From Escherichia phage FriedrichZschokke: a DNA stretch of 64,000 nucleotides. The translations under genes and the position numbers were made by a program. Position 1 is the stretch's first letter. Each line of letters begins with the position of its first letter. The notes beneath the pieces were generated by a model. It did no database searches. It was not told the DNA's origin and worked only from the letters and a program-made list of their open reading frames with translations. Below, piece after piece: positions 47,859 through 59,539 of the stretch. The stretch is taken from sequence record MZ501067; one strand, given 5' to 3'.

Positions 47859-47900
47859 TGAGATAATAGTATCACTACCTCATCAACGTGTAAACAACTT
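47859..47900 (-). promoter_or_regulatory. Early promoter
   Basis: Minus strand: -35 TTTACA (47889-47894), 17 bp spacer, TGA-TACTAT -10 (47866-47874). Confidence 0.5.
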
Positions 47901-47907
47901 TGTGAAA

Positions 47908-48604
<697 letters not shown>

Positions 48605-48605
<1 letters not shown>

Positions 48606-49318
48606 TATAGTACCTTTAGTGTATTTTTAATTTTAGAAAAAAGCTCTTCAAGAGAACCATCGTTTGTAATTACTAAATCGCCATCACGAATTGGCAATCC
48701 AGCTTCTGTAATATGAGTATCATTGGATTTTTGACCAGGACGAACTACATGAATTACTGTAGCACCCATCGCCCTAGCCGCATCCATTTCATGATCTTGA
48801 CGAGTATCAGGAACGATATAATAATCATAACCTGAGTTAAATTTATCAAGATAATCTAAAGCAAATAATTTTACCCAATACATGCGGTCGAAGTTATTAA
48901 CAATCAAATCCGTACCTAGGGCTTGCATCAGACGACGGACTGACCATTGATCTTCAATATTATTTATAACGTCAGCAATCTTGTTAAATGCTACGAAATT
49001 AACTGCGTCATCAAAAACAAACACACCTTTAATTGGGCTTTTACTATTAAGATAGCAAAATGCTTGTTCCATAATCGTAATTACTTCTAATTTAGTCAGA
49101 TTTAAATTAGTTTCACGATCATAGTCAATTCCTTCAAACTCTTTACGAGTTAAACAAGGATAGTCAGTGTTTGCTGCAAATACACCCCATGCATAAGCCA
49201 ATGCATCTTTAATAGGACCAGCAAGTTGATATTTAACTGCAGAATAATTGCTCATGATAAAATCTGCAGTAGTATCTTTTCCACTACGCTTTACACCACT
49301 TAAAAAGATTAGTTTCAT
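48605..49318 (-). CDS. 1: Deoxynucleoside monophosphate kinase
   Basis: P-loop LSGVKRSGKDT; start placed at MKLIFLSG. Confidence 0.9.
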
Positions 49319-49367
49319 ATGTTTCTCCTCAAATTTAATTAAGATTATAACACACAAAACTGAAGCA

Positions 49368-49898
49368 TTAAACTTCTGCTATAATTTTTCCATCTTTTTC
49401 TACTTGAAAATACGTATAAGGAATCGTTGCTGTGCATACTAAGGCTGGGTCTGAATCTTCTGTGTAGCTAAATTCTACTTCAGATAGGTCAGAAACCCAA
49501 GGCTTATAAAAATTTATTGACATCACGATTTCAGTTTTGCTATTATCTAAGATGTAAAGCGTAATGTACTCAGGACCTGTTTTTTGGGCAGTATTTTCAC
49601 CTGTAAGATAGTTACTAGTTCCTAGCATCCATTCATACATTCCTATCCACGACTTAAGTTCTTCATCAACTATAAATCTCACGATGAGTGGATCATACTC
49701 GAATGTAACACCAGGACGTTGTGCTCGGCCCAGTCCAAACGGCCCAGTCACGGTATCAGTAACAGGTATTCTAATTCCCGGAATAGGAACTGACTGAGCA
49801 TTTAAAGTAAAAGCAGATGTAGTATTACTATGCGGTATTGATACTACAAAGTTAGTTGTATTTGCTTGGTTAAAAATTTGTTGCAGAGCTTGCGACAT
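49368..49898 (-). CDS. 3: Tail completion / sheath stabiliser protein
   Basis: Start placed at MSQALQQIF (176 aa), consistent with T4 gp3 length. Confidence 0.75.
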   Translation of the reverse strand: MSQALQQIFNQANTTNFVVSIPHSNTTSAFTLNAQSVPIPGIRIPVTDTVTGPFGLGRAQRPGVTFEYDPLIVRFIVDEELKSWIGMYEWMLGTSNYLTGENTAQKTGPEYITLYILDNSKTEIVMSINFYKPWVSDLSEVEFSYTEDSDPALVCTATIPYTYFQVEKDGKIIAEV

Positions 49899-50004
49899 AT
49901 ATTCCTCATAATGCTTTATAACTGTTGGTGGTATAATGGGTCTAAGTCCCTTCCATTCAATTCCATTTAGAACAAACAATAGAAAAGAATGGAAGATAAT
50001 AGAA

Positions 50005-50829
50005 TTAGATATTTGACCAGACTTTGTTTGCAGAGAAACGTTTTCCTTTTGAAACGAACTGCTGAAGTGGCATTAACACAACGTTCGCCCAGTCTTTCGG
50101 GGCGATTTCAACAAGGCTACCCATAATATTACCAGGTATATATGCCTTAATCATTTGGTCTGCACCCCTAAATCCTTTCACTTGACTCCAATCAATTTTT
50201 AATTTCGTTTTATTAGTAATAGTAGGTGTATTTGCATATTGCTTTAAAAGCTCTTCTAGAAATTGCTGACGAGCTTTAGGTGGAATATAGTGCAAGTTCA
50301 ATCCGTACATTAAGTTATGCTTACCTAAACCAAGATAAATTATCAAAGGAAATTTATCCCAGTAAGGAAGAGTTTCCTTGTGTTTAGCATCATAAGCAAA
50401 AGCATATATTCGTCCCGGCTGCGGGCGAACAACTTTATGTCCTTTTACTTGCTTAATAGTTTCAGCAAACCACTTTCTGGTTTTATTATTAATTGCTGCA
50501 CCTTCATTACGAATTTTATCGCGCAATGTTTGTCTGAATGAATTTATCATAAGCAGTTGTCTTTCTTGCTTATTGAGTTTATTCATTGGTTTTGATTCAA
50601 GCTTTTGAATCTTTTCAGCCGTTTTAATTCCTGAAGCATATTTTGACATTGCTGAAGTAAACGTAGAGTATTTGATTCCTCTTTCTTCAGCAAATTGCTT
50701 TCCTGTCATTCCTTTTGCTTTGGCCTTTTTATATTCAAGACCTATCTGAATCCATTTCTTTTCGTTTAATGATTGCTTAACCTTTGGAACTTGGGGAGTG
50801 CTTTCATTAATTATTTGAAAAATAGCCAT
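50005..50829 (-). CDS. 2: DNA end-protector protein
   Basis: 274 aa; synteny 1-3-2-4. Confidence 0.8.
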
Positions 50830-51281
50830 TATGCCCCCTTAAAGCCAAGAGCTCGTAATCCATCTTCTGTTAGAATTCTAAATTTTATTCCACGCTTTTC
50901 AGCTAAAGCTTGCGCTGCTTTCCATTTGTCGGTATTAACGGAATATGTATAAATTTCATTCATAAATCTTTTCTTCGCTGCGGTTGTTAGATGTGCTGGT
51001 TTAACTGGTGGTTGTGTTTCTTTTTTAGGTTTTATTTCAATAAAAAATTCTTGTCCAGAAGAATCTTTCATCCAAATATCCATGAAGTATCTACGTTTTT
51101 TCCCTTCTGCATTACAAAAATAAGGAATTACTGCTGTTTCACTACCCCATGCAATAATTTCTGGATTTTTATCTAACCATTCAAAAAAGAATTTTTCCCA
51201 ATTTGATCTATACGTAATTTTTTTAGGGTCACCTCTATACTTTGATATATTTTTAGGAACCCATTTTCCAGAATATGCCAT
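50829..51281 (-). CDS. 4: Head completion protein
   Basis: 150 aa; ATGA-type junction with gene 2. Confidence 0.8.
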
Positions 51282-51292
51282 TGGATTCTCCT

Positions 51293-51300
51293 TATAAATA
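51293..51300 (+). promoter_or_regulatory. Late promoter core (TATAAATA) for gene 53
   Basis: Exact TATAAATA 29 nt upstream of the gene 53 ATG. Confidence 0.6.
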
Positions 51301-51307
51301 GATAATA

Positions 51308-51315
51308 TATTTATA
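51308..51315 (-). promoter_or_regulatory. Late promoter core (TATAAATA) for gene 4, divergent from the gene 53 promoter
   Basis: Exact TATAAATA on the minus strand ~27 nt upstream of the gene 4 ATG. Confidence 0.55.
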
Positions 51316-51328
51316 AACAGGAGGGCCC

Positions 51329-51919
51329 ATGCTCTTTACATTTTTTGATCCGATTGAATATGCGGCCAAAACGGTGAATAAAAACGCGCCGACTATTCCT
51401 ATGACAGATATTTTTAGAAACTATAAAGACTATTTTAAACGCGCTCTTGCGGGATACCGCTTACGTACTTATTATATTAAAGGTTCACCACGCCCGGAAG
51501 AATTAGCAAATGCTATATATGGAAATCCGCAGTTGTATTGGGTTTTATTGATGTGTAATGATAATTATGATCCGTATTATGGATGGATTACTTCGCAAGA
51601 AGCTGCTTATCAAGCATCTATACAAAAATACAAAAACGTAGGTGGAGACCAAATAGTATATCATGTGAATGAGAATGGTGAAAAATTTTATAATTTAATA
51701 TCATACGATGATAATCCATATGTTTGGTATGACAAAGGTGATAAAGCTAGAAAATATCCTCAATATGAAGGAGCACTTGCTGCGGTAGATACGTATGAAG
51801 CTGCTGTTCTTGAAAATGAAAAACTTCGTCAAATAAAAATAATAGCAAAATCAGACATCAATTCATTTATGAACGACCTTATACGTATAATGGAGAAATC
51901 TTATGGAAATGATAAGTAA
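51329..51919 (+). CDS. 53: Baseplate wedge protein
   Basis: 196 aa; first plus-strand late gene; synteny 53-5-6-7-8. Confidence 0.9.
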   Translation: MLFTFFDPIEYAAKTVNKNAPTIPMTDIFRNYKDYFKRALAGYRLRTYYIKGSPRPEELANAIYGNPQLYWVLLMCNDNYDPYYGWITSQEAAYQASIQKYKNVGGDQIVYHVNENGEKFYNLISYDDNPYVWYDKGDKARKYPQYEGALAAVDTYEAAVLENEKLRQIKIIAKSDINSFMNDLIRIMEKSYGNDK

Positions 51920-53630
51920 TAACCTTAATTGGTTTGTTGGTGTTGTTGAAGATAGAATGGACCCATTAAAATTAGGTCGTGTTCGTGTTCGTGTAGTTGG
52001 TCTGCATCCACCTCAAAGAGCACAAGGCGACGTAATGGGTATTCCAACTGATAAATTACCATGGATGTCAGTTATTCAACCTATAACTTCTGCAGCAATG
52101 TCAGGAATTGGAGGTTCTGTTACAGGGCCAGTAGAAGGAACTAGAGTTTATGGTCATTTTTTGGACAAATGGAAAACTAACGGAATTGTCCTTGGCACGT
52201 ATGGTGGGATAGTTCGCGAAAAACCTAATAGACTTGAAGGATTTTCTGACCCAACCGGGCAGTATCCTAGACGTTTAGGAAATGATACTAACGTACTAAA
52301 CCAAGGCGGAGAAGTAGGATATGATTCCTCTTCTAACGTTATTCAAGATAGTAACTTAGACACCGCAATAAATCCCGATGATAGACCACTATCAGAGATT
52401 CCAACCGATGATAATCCAAATATGTCAATGGCTGAAATGCTTCGCCGTGATGAAGGATTAAGACTAAAAGTTTATTGGGATACCGAAGGATATCCGACAA
52501 TTGGCATTGGTCATCTTATCATGAAGCAGCCAGTTCGTGATATGGCCCAAATTAATAAAGTTTTATCAAAACAAGTTGGTCGTGAAATTACCGGAAATCC
52601 AGGTTCTATTACAATGGAAGAAGCGGTAGCTTTATTTGAGCGTGATTTGGCTGATATGCAACGTGACATTAAATCACATTCTAAAGTTGGCCCAGTTTGG
52701 CAAGCAGTTAATCGTTCTCGTCAAATGGCGTTAGAAAATATGGCATTTCAGATGGGTGTTGGCGGTGTAGCTAAATTTAACACAATGTTAACTGCCATGT
52801 TAGCAGGAGATTGGGAAAAAGCATATAAAGCCGGTCGTGATTCATTGTGGTATCAACAAACAAAAGGCCGTGCATCCCGTGTTACCATGATTATTCTTAC
52901 GGGGAATTTGGAATCATATGGTGTTGAAGTGAAAACTCCAGCTAGGTCTTTATCGGCAATGGCTGCGACTGTAACTAAATCTTCTGACCCTGCTGACCCT
53001 CCTATTCCAAATGACTCGAGAATTTTATTCAAAGAACCAGTTTCTTCATATAAAGGCGAATATCCTTATGTGCATACAATGGAAACTGAAAGTGGACATA
53101 TTCAGGAATTTGATGATACCCCTGGGCAAGAACGATATAGATTAGTTCATCCAACTGGAACTTATGAAGAAGTATCACCGTCAGGGAGAAGAACAAGAAA
53201 AACTGTTGATAATTTGTATGATATAACCAACGCTGATGGTAATTTTTTGGTAGCCGGCGATAAAAAGACTAACGTCGGTGGATCAGAAATTTATTACAAC
53301 ATGGATAATCGTCTTCACCAAATAGATGGAAGCAATACAATATTTGTACGTGGCGATGAAACTAAGACGGTTGAAGGTAATGGAACTATCCTAGTTAAAG
53401 GTAATGTTACTATTGTAGTTGAAGGTAATGCTGACATTACAGTTAAAGGAGATGCTACCACTTTAGTTGAAGGAAATCAGACTAATACAGTAAATGGAAA
53501 TCTTTCTTGGAAAGTTGCTGGGACAGTTGATTGGGACGTTGGTGGTGATTGGACAGAAAAAATGGCATCTATGAGTTCTATTTCATCTGGTCAATACACA
53601 ATTGATGGATCGAGGATTGACATTGGCTAA
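51903..53630 (+). CDS. 5: Baseplate central spike with lysozyme domain
   Basis: 575 aa; N-terminal OB region, central T4L-like lysozyme domain (MAEMLRRDEGLRLKVYWDTEGYPTIGIGHL), C-terminal beta-helix VxGxxxxx octapeptide repeats. Confidence 0.95.
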   Translation: MEMISNNLNWFVGVVEDRMDPLKLGRVRVRVVGLHPPQRAQGDVMGIPTDKLPWMSVIQPITSAAMSGIGGSVTGPVEGTRVYGHFLDKWKTNGIVLGTYGGIVREKPNRLEGFSDPTGQYPRRLGNDTNVLNQGGEVGYDSSSNVIQDSNLDTAINPDDRPLSEIPTDDNPNMSMAEMLRRDEGLRLKVYWDTEGYPTIGIGHLIMKQPVRDMAQINKVLSKQVGREITGNPGSITMEEAVALFERDLADMQRDIKSHSKVGPVWQAVNRSRQMALENMAFQMGVGGVAKFNTMLTAMLAGDWEKAYKAGRDSLWYQQTKGRASRVTMIILTGNLESYGVEVKTPARSLSAMAATVTKSSDPADPPIPNDSRILFKEPVSSYKGEYPYVHTMETESGHIQEFDDTPGQERYRLVHPTGTYEEVSPSGRRTRKTVDNLYDITNADGNFLVAGDKKTNVGGSEIYYNMDNRLHQIDGSNTIFVRGDETKTVEGNGTILVKGNVTIVVEGNADITVKGDATTLVEGNQTNTVNGNLSWKVAGTVDWDVGGDWTEKMASMSSISSGQYTIDGSRIDIG

Positions 53631-54159
53631 TATACTTCCAATGAGCGCTGATTTAGGAGAATCCATGGAAGGTTCTTCTATCGACGTCACCTTTACCGCT
53701 CAATTAGAAACAGGTGAAACGTTAGTATCTATAAATATAACTAGTTACGAAGAAACTCCTGGGGTTTTAGTAGAAGAAAATCGCTTATATGGAACATATG
53801 AATCTGTATTTGGTTTCGGAAATGACGCGTTGAAATATCGTTTAGGCGATGAATTTAAAACTGCTGCTTCATGGGAAGAACTTCCTACTGATTCTGATAC
53901 TCAGTTGTATTTGTGGAAAGCTCCTCAAAATCTCCAGAAGACATTCACTTACGAAGTAACATTAATATATGACTACCAAGAACAAAGTGAATCTGGAGGT
54001 TCTGGCAGTAATTCTAGGTCATCTTCTGATACTACTGAACCGACAGATCCTCCTGCTCCAGTAAGAAAAACTCTCGTTAAAAATTATACTAAAACTATAG
54101 TTGGAAATTGGAGTCGTTGGGCTAATAAATTAAGAAGCTATGTGTATGAGAGGTCATAG
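53602..54159 (+). CDS. 5.1: Baseplate-associated protein
   Basis: 185 aa ORF between 5 and 5.4. Confidence 0.65.
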
Positions 54160-54453
54160 ATGTCAGGATTAAGTTATGATAAATGTGTTACTGCTGGTCA
54201 TGAAGCATGGCCTCCAACAGTTGTGAATGCTACACAAAGTAAAGTATTCACTGGAGGAATTGCTGTTCTCGTAGCAGGTGATCCAATTACAGAACATACA
54301 GAAATTAAAAAGCCATATGAAACACATGGCGGAGTGACACAACCCAGAACTTCTAAGGTATATGTCACTGGAAAGAAAGCTGTTCAAATGGCTGATCCAA
54401 TATCATGCGGTGATACTGTGGCTCAGGCATCATCTAAAGTATTCATTAAATAG
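54160..54453 (+). CDS. 5.4: PAAR-repeat spike-tip protein
   Basis: 97 aa; size and position match T4 gp5.4. Confidence 0.8.
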
Positions 54454-54461
54454 GATTTAAA

Positions 54462-56444
54462 ATGGCAAATACCCCTGTAAATTATCAATTAACAAGAACA
54501 GCAAATGCTATTCCCGAGATATTCGTCGGGGGTACGTTTGCTGAAATAAAACAAAACCTCATTGAATGGCTTAATGGCCAAAATGAATTTTTGGATTATG
54601 ATTTTGAAGGCTCAAGATTAAACGTTCTGTGTGACCTTTTGGCTTATAATACATTGTACATTCAGCAGTTTGGTAATGCTGCTGTATATGAAAGCTTTAT
54701 GCGTACTGCTAACTTACGAAGTTCAGTTGTTCAAGCTGCACAAGATAACGGATATTTACCTACTTCAAAATCCGCTGCGCAGACCGAAATTATGTTAACA
54801 TGCACCGACGCATTGAATAGGAATTACATTACTATTCCTCGCGGAACTCGCTTTTTAGCATATGCAAAAGATACTTCTGTTAATCCATATAACTTCGTTT
54901 CTACCGAAGACGTTATTGCCATTCGTGATAAAAATAACCAATATTTTCCGCGTTTAAAATTGGCCCAGGGACGTATAGTAAGAACTGAAATCATTTATGA
55001 TAAATTAACACCTATTATCATTTATGATAAAAATATTGATAGAAACCAGGTTAAATTATATGTTGATGGAGCGGAATGGATTAACTGGACGAGAAAGTCA
55101 ATGGTTCATGCTGGTTCAACATCAACGATTTACTATATGCGTGAAACTATTGATGGAAACACTGAATTCTATTTTGGCGAAGGTGAAATTTCTGTTAATG
55201 CTTCTGAAGGAGCTTTGACCGCTAATTATATCGGAGGTCTTAAACCTACCCAGAACTCTACGATTGTTATTGAGTACATCAGTACTAACGGTGCAGATGC
55301 GAATGGCGCAGTCGGATTTTCATATGCAGATACATTAACAAATATAACTGTCATCAATATTAATGAAAATCCAAACGACGACCCAGATTTTGTCGGAGCA
55401 GATGGCGGCGGTGATCCAGAAGATATTGAGCGTATTCGCGAATTGGGTACTATTAAACGCGAAACCCAGCAACGCTGCGTAACTGCGACTGACTACGATA
55501 CATTCGTTTCAGAGAGATTTGGTTCTATTATTCAAGCTGTTCAGACTTTCACTGATTCTACTAAACCTGGGTATGCATTTATTGCTGCTAAACCTAAATC
55601 AGGATTGTATTTAACTACTGTGCAACGTGAAGATATTAAAAATTATCTCAAAGACTATAATTTAGCTCCTATTACGCCATCAATTATTTCTCCTAATTAT
55701 CTTTTTATTAAGACTAATTTAAAAGTCACATATGCCTTAAATAAGCTGCAAGAATCCGAACAGTGGCTCGAAGGTCAAATAATTGATAAAATTGATCGTT
55801 ATTATACCGAAGATGTAGAAATTTTTAACTCGTCTTTTGCCAAGTCTAAGATGTTGACATATGTAGATGATGCAGATCATTCTATCATTGGTTCATCAGC
55901 GACAATTCAAATTGTTCGTGAAGTACAAAACTTCTATAAAACGCCTGAAGCAGGTATTAAATACAATAATCAAATAAAAGATCGTTCTATGGAATCTAAT
56001 ACGTTTTCATTTAATTCTGGACGAAAGGTTGTAAATCCTGATACTGGTTTAGAAGAAGATGTATTATATGACGTTCGTATAGTATCAACAGACCGAGATT
56101 CTAAAGGAATTGGTAAAGTTATTATTGGTCCATTTGCTTCTGGCGATGTTACAGAAAATGAAAACATTCAGCCGTATACAGGAAACGATTTTAACAAATT
56201 AGCAAATTCTGATGGACGCGACAAATACTATGTTATCGGTGAAATAAATTATCCAGCTGACATGATTTATTGGAATATCGCTAAAATTAATTTAACATCT
56301 GAAAAATTTGAAGTTCAGACTATTGAATTATATTCTGACCCAACCGATGATGTTATCTTTACTCGTGATGGTTCACTGATTGTATTTGAAAATGACTTAC
56401 GTCCACAATACTTAACTATCGATTTGGAGCCTATATCACAATGA
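54462..56444 (+). CDS. 6: Baseplate wedge protein
   Basis: 660 aa. Confidence 0.9.
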   Translation: MANTPVNYQLTRTANAIPEIFVGGTFAEIKQNLIEWLNGQNEFLDYDFEGSRLNVLCDLLAYNTLYIQQFGNAAVYESFMRTANLRSSVVQAAQDNGYLPTSKSAAQTEIMLTCTDALNRNYITIPRGTRFLAYAKDTSVNPYNFVSTEDVIAIRDKNNQYFPRLKLAQGRIVRTEIIYDKLTPIIIYDKNIDRNQVKLYVDGAEWINWTRKSMVHAGSTSTIYYMRETIDGNTEFYFGEGEISVNASEGALTANYIGGLKPTQNSTIVIEYISTNGADANGAVGFSYADTLTNITVININENPNDDPDFVGADGGGDPEDIERIRELGTIKRETQQRCVTATDYDTFVSERFGSIIQAVQTFTDSTKPGYAFIAAKPKSGLYLTTVQREDIKNYLKDYNLAPITPSIISPNYLFIKTNLKVTYALNKLQESEQWLEGQIIDKIDRYYTEDVEIFNSSFAKSKMLTYVDDADHSIIGSSATIQIVREVQNFYKTPEAGIKYNNQIKDRSMESNTFSFNSGRKVVNPDTGLEEDVLYDVRIVSTDRDSKGIGKVIIGPFASGDVTENENIQPYTGNDFNKLANSDGRDKYYVIGEINYPADMIYWNIAKINLTSEKFEVQTIELYSDPTDDVIFTRDGSLIVFENDLRPQYLTIDLEPISQ

Positions 56445-59400
56445 CAGTAAAAGCACCTTCAGTCACTAGTCTCAGAATTTCCAAGTTATCCGCAAATCAG
56501 GTGCAAGTACGCTGGGATGACGTTGGTGCTAATTTCTACTATTTTGTAGAAATCGCTGAGACAAAAACAAACTCGGGGGAAAATCTCCCGAGTAATCAAT
56601 ACAGATGGATTAACTTAGGATATACTGCAAATAACAGCTTCTTTTTTGATGATGCTGATCCATTGACATCATACATTATCAGAGTAGCTACAGCTGCGCA
56701 AGATTTTGAGCAGTCTGATTGGATTTATACCGAAGAGTTTGAAACTTTTGCTACAAATGCTTATACATTTCAAAACATGATTGAAATGCAATTAGCCAAT
56801 AAATTCATTCAGGAAAAATTTACTCTTAATAATTCTGATTATGTTAATTTTAATAATGACACTATAATGGCTGCATTGATGAATGAATCATTTCAATTCA
56901 GCCCATCGTATGTTGATGTTTCATCAATAAGTAATTTTATTATTGGTGAAAATGAGTATCATGAAATACAAGGTTCTATTCAGCAAGTATGTAAGGATAT
57001 TAACCGAGTTTATTTGATGGAATCAGAAGGAATTCTATATCTTTTTGAGCGCTATCAACCTGTAGTTAAAGTATCCAATGATAAAGGACAAACTTGGAAA
57101 GCTGTAAAGCTCTTCAATGACCGTGTAGGATATCCTTTATCTAAGACAGTATATTACCAATCTGCGAACACAACATACGTTCTAGGATACGACAAGATTT
57201 TCTATGGCCGCAAATCTACTGATGTTAGATGGTCAGCTGATGATGTCAGATTTAGTTCACAGGATATAACATTCGCTAAACTTGGTGACCAATTGCATCT
57301 AGGATTTGATGTAGAAATTTTTGCCACTTATGCGACTTTACCAGCGAATGTATACCGCATTGCAGAAGCTATTACTTGCACCGATGATTACATTTACGTT
57401 GTCGCCAGAGACAAAGTTAGATACATAAAAACGAGTAATGCACCTATAGATTCTGATCCATTATCTCCAACATATTCGGAAAGACTTTTTGAACCTGATA
57501 CCATGACTATAACTGGAAATCCTAAAGCAGTATGCTATAAAATGGATTCTATCGGTGATAAAGTTTTTGCTCTTATTATTGGTGAAGTTGAAACATTGAA
57601 TGCTAATCCGAGAACATCAAAAATAATTGATTCTGCTGATAAAGGAATATATGTTTTAAATCATGATGAAAAAACATGGAAAAGAGTTTTTGGTAATACC
57701 GAAGAAGAAAGAAGACGTATTCAACCCGGATATGCGAATATGTCAACTGACGGTAAATTAGTTTCTCTGTCTTCGAGTAATTTTAAATTTTTAAGTGATA
57801 ATGTTGTTAATGACCCTGAAACTGCAGCAAAATATCAGTTAATTGGTGCTGTCAAATATGAATTTCCTCGTGAATGGTTAGCTGATAAGCATTATCATAT
57901 GATGGCATTTATAGCAGATGAAAAGTCTGATTGGGAAACTTTTACTCCTCAGCCGATGAAATACTATGCAGAACCATTCTTTAACTGGTCTAAAAAATCT
58001 AACACACGTTGTTGGATAAACAACTCTGATAGGGTTGTAGTAGTTTATGCTGATTTAAAATACACTAAAGTTATAGAAAATATTCCGGAAACATCACCAG
58101 ATAGATTAGTTCATGAATACTGGGATGATGGCGATTGCACTATAGTAATGCCAAATGTTAAATTCACTGGATTTAAAAAATATGCATCTGGGATGCTTTT
58201 CTATAAAGCCTCTGGTGAAATAATTTCTTACTATGATTTTAACTATCGCGTGAGAGATACAGTAGAAATTATTTGGAAGCCAACTGAAGTATTTTTAAAA
58301 GCATTTTTACAAAACCAAGAGCATGAGACTCCTTGGTCACCAGAAGAAGAGCGTGGATTAGCTGACCCTGATTTAAGACCATTAATTGGCACAATGATGC
58401 CTGATTCTTATTTGTTACAGGATTCGAATTTTGAAGCATTTTGCGAAGCATATATTCAATATCTTTCTGATGGATATGGAACTCAGTATAACAATTTACG
58501 AAATTTAATTCGTAACCAATATCCACGAGAAGAGCATGCATGGGAATATTTGTGGTCAGAGATATATAAAAGAAACATTTATTTAAATGCTGACAAACGC
58601 GATGCTGTTGCGAGATTCTTTGAATCACGTAGCTATGATTTTTATTCTACTAAAGGAATTGAAGCATCATACAAATTTCTTTTTAAAGTTCTTTATAATG
58701 AAGAGGTTGAAATTGAAATTGAATCTGGGGCTGGTACTGAATATGATATAATCGTTCAATCTGATTCTTTGACTGAAGACTTAGTAGGACAAACGATTTA
58801 TACAGCTACAGGAAGATGTAATGTTACTTATATAGAAAGAAGCTATTCTAATGGTAAATTGCAATGGACCGTAACTATTCATAATCTTTTGGGACGATTA
58901 ATTGCTGGTCAAGAAGTTAAAGCAGAAAGACTTCCTAGTTTTGAAGGCGAAATTATTCGTGGAGTTAAAGGAAAGGATTTGCTTCAAAATAATATAGACT
59001 ATATTAATAGAAGTCGATCATATTATGTAATGAAAATTAAATCCAATTTACCTTCTTCTCGTTGGAAATCTGACGTTATTCGTTTTGTTCATCCAGTAGG
59101 ATTTGGATTTATAGCAATTACCCTTTTAACGATGTTTATTAATGTTGGTTTAACTCTTAAACACACAGAGACTATAATTAATAAATACAAAAACTATAAA
59201 TGGGATTCTGGATTGCCTACTGAATATGCTGATAGAGTAGCTAAATTGACTCCAACTGGTGAAATTGAGCATGATTCGGTAACAGGCGAAGCAATTTATG
59301 AGCCTGGCCCAATGGCTGGTGTAGAATATCCTCTTCCTGATGACTATAATGCTGAAAATAATAATTCAATATTTCAAGGTCAATTGCCGTCTGAACGACG

Positions 59401-59539
59401 TAAATTAATGAGTCCTTTATTTGATGCATCTGGAACAACATTTGCGCAATTTAGAGATTTAGTTAATAAACGTCTAAAAGATAATATAGGAAATCCAAGA
59501 GACCCTGAAAATCCAACACAGGTTAAAATAGATGAATGA
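56441..59539 (+). CDS. 7: Baseplate wedge protein
   Basis: 1032 aa. Confidence 0.9.
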   Translation: MTVKAPSVTSLRISKLSANQVQVRWDDVGANFYYFVEIAETKTNSGENLPSNQYRWINLGYTANNSFFFDDADPLTSYIIRVATAAQDFEQSDWIYTEEFETFATNAYTFQNMIEMQLANKFIQEKFTLNNSDYVNFNNDTIMAALMNESFQFSPSYVDVSSISNFIIGENEYHEIQGSIQQVCKDINRVYLMESEGILYLFERYQPVVKVSNDKGQTWKAVKLFNDRVGYPLSKTVYYQSANTTYVLGYDKIFYGRKSTDVRWSADDVRFSSQDITFAKLGDQLHLGFDVEIFATYATLPANVYRIAEAITCTDDYIYVVARDKVRYIKTSNAPIDSDPLSPTYSERLFEPDTMTITGNPKAVCYKMDSIGDKVFALIIGEVETLNANPRTSKIIDSADKGIYVLNHDEKTWKRVFGNTEEERRRIQPGYANMSTDGKLVSLSSSNFKFLSDNVVNDPETAAKYQLIGAVKYEFPREWLADKHYHMMAFIADEKSDWETFTPQPMKYYAEPFFNWSKKSNTRCWINNSDRVVVVYADLKYTKVIENIPETSPDRLVHEYWDDGDCTIVMPNVKFTGFKKYASGMLFYKASGEIISYYDFNYRVRDTVEIIWKPTEVFLKAFLQNQEHETPWSPEEERGLADPDLRPLIGTMMPDSYLLQDSNFEAFCEAYIQYLSDGYGTQYNNLRNLIRNQYPREEHAWEYLWSEIYKRNIYLNADKRDAVARFFESRSYDFYSTKGIEASYKFLFKVLYNEEVEIEIESGAGTEYDIIVQSDSLTEDLVGQTIYTATGRCNVTYIERSYSNGKLQWTVTIHNLLGRLIAGQEVKAERLPSFEGEIIRGVKGKDLLQNNIDYINRSRSYYVMKIKSNLPSSRWKSDVIRFVHPVGFGFIAITLLTMFINVGLTLKHTETIINKYKNYKWDSGLPTEYADRVAKLTPTGEIEHDSVTGEAIYEPGPMAGVEYPLPDDYNAENNNSIFQGQLPSERRKLMSPLFDASGTTFAQFRDLVNKRLKDNIGNPRDPENPTQVKIDE

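Noticed and set aside
53370-53560. Possible tandem DNA repeat or CRISPR-like periodicity
   Set aside because: The periodicity is the codon-level repeat encoding the gp5 beta-helix octapeptides (V-x-G-x-x-x-x-x), not a repeat-spacer array; no CRISPR array is present anywhere in the window.
58269-58628. Minus-strand ORFs inside late genes (58269-58628, 59241-59441, 59885-60220, 60669-60854, 62824-63117, 54169-54387, 55970-56167)
   Set aside because: Antisense to large, well-supported baseplate genes.
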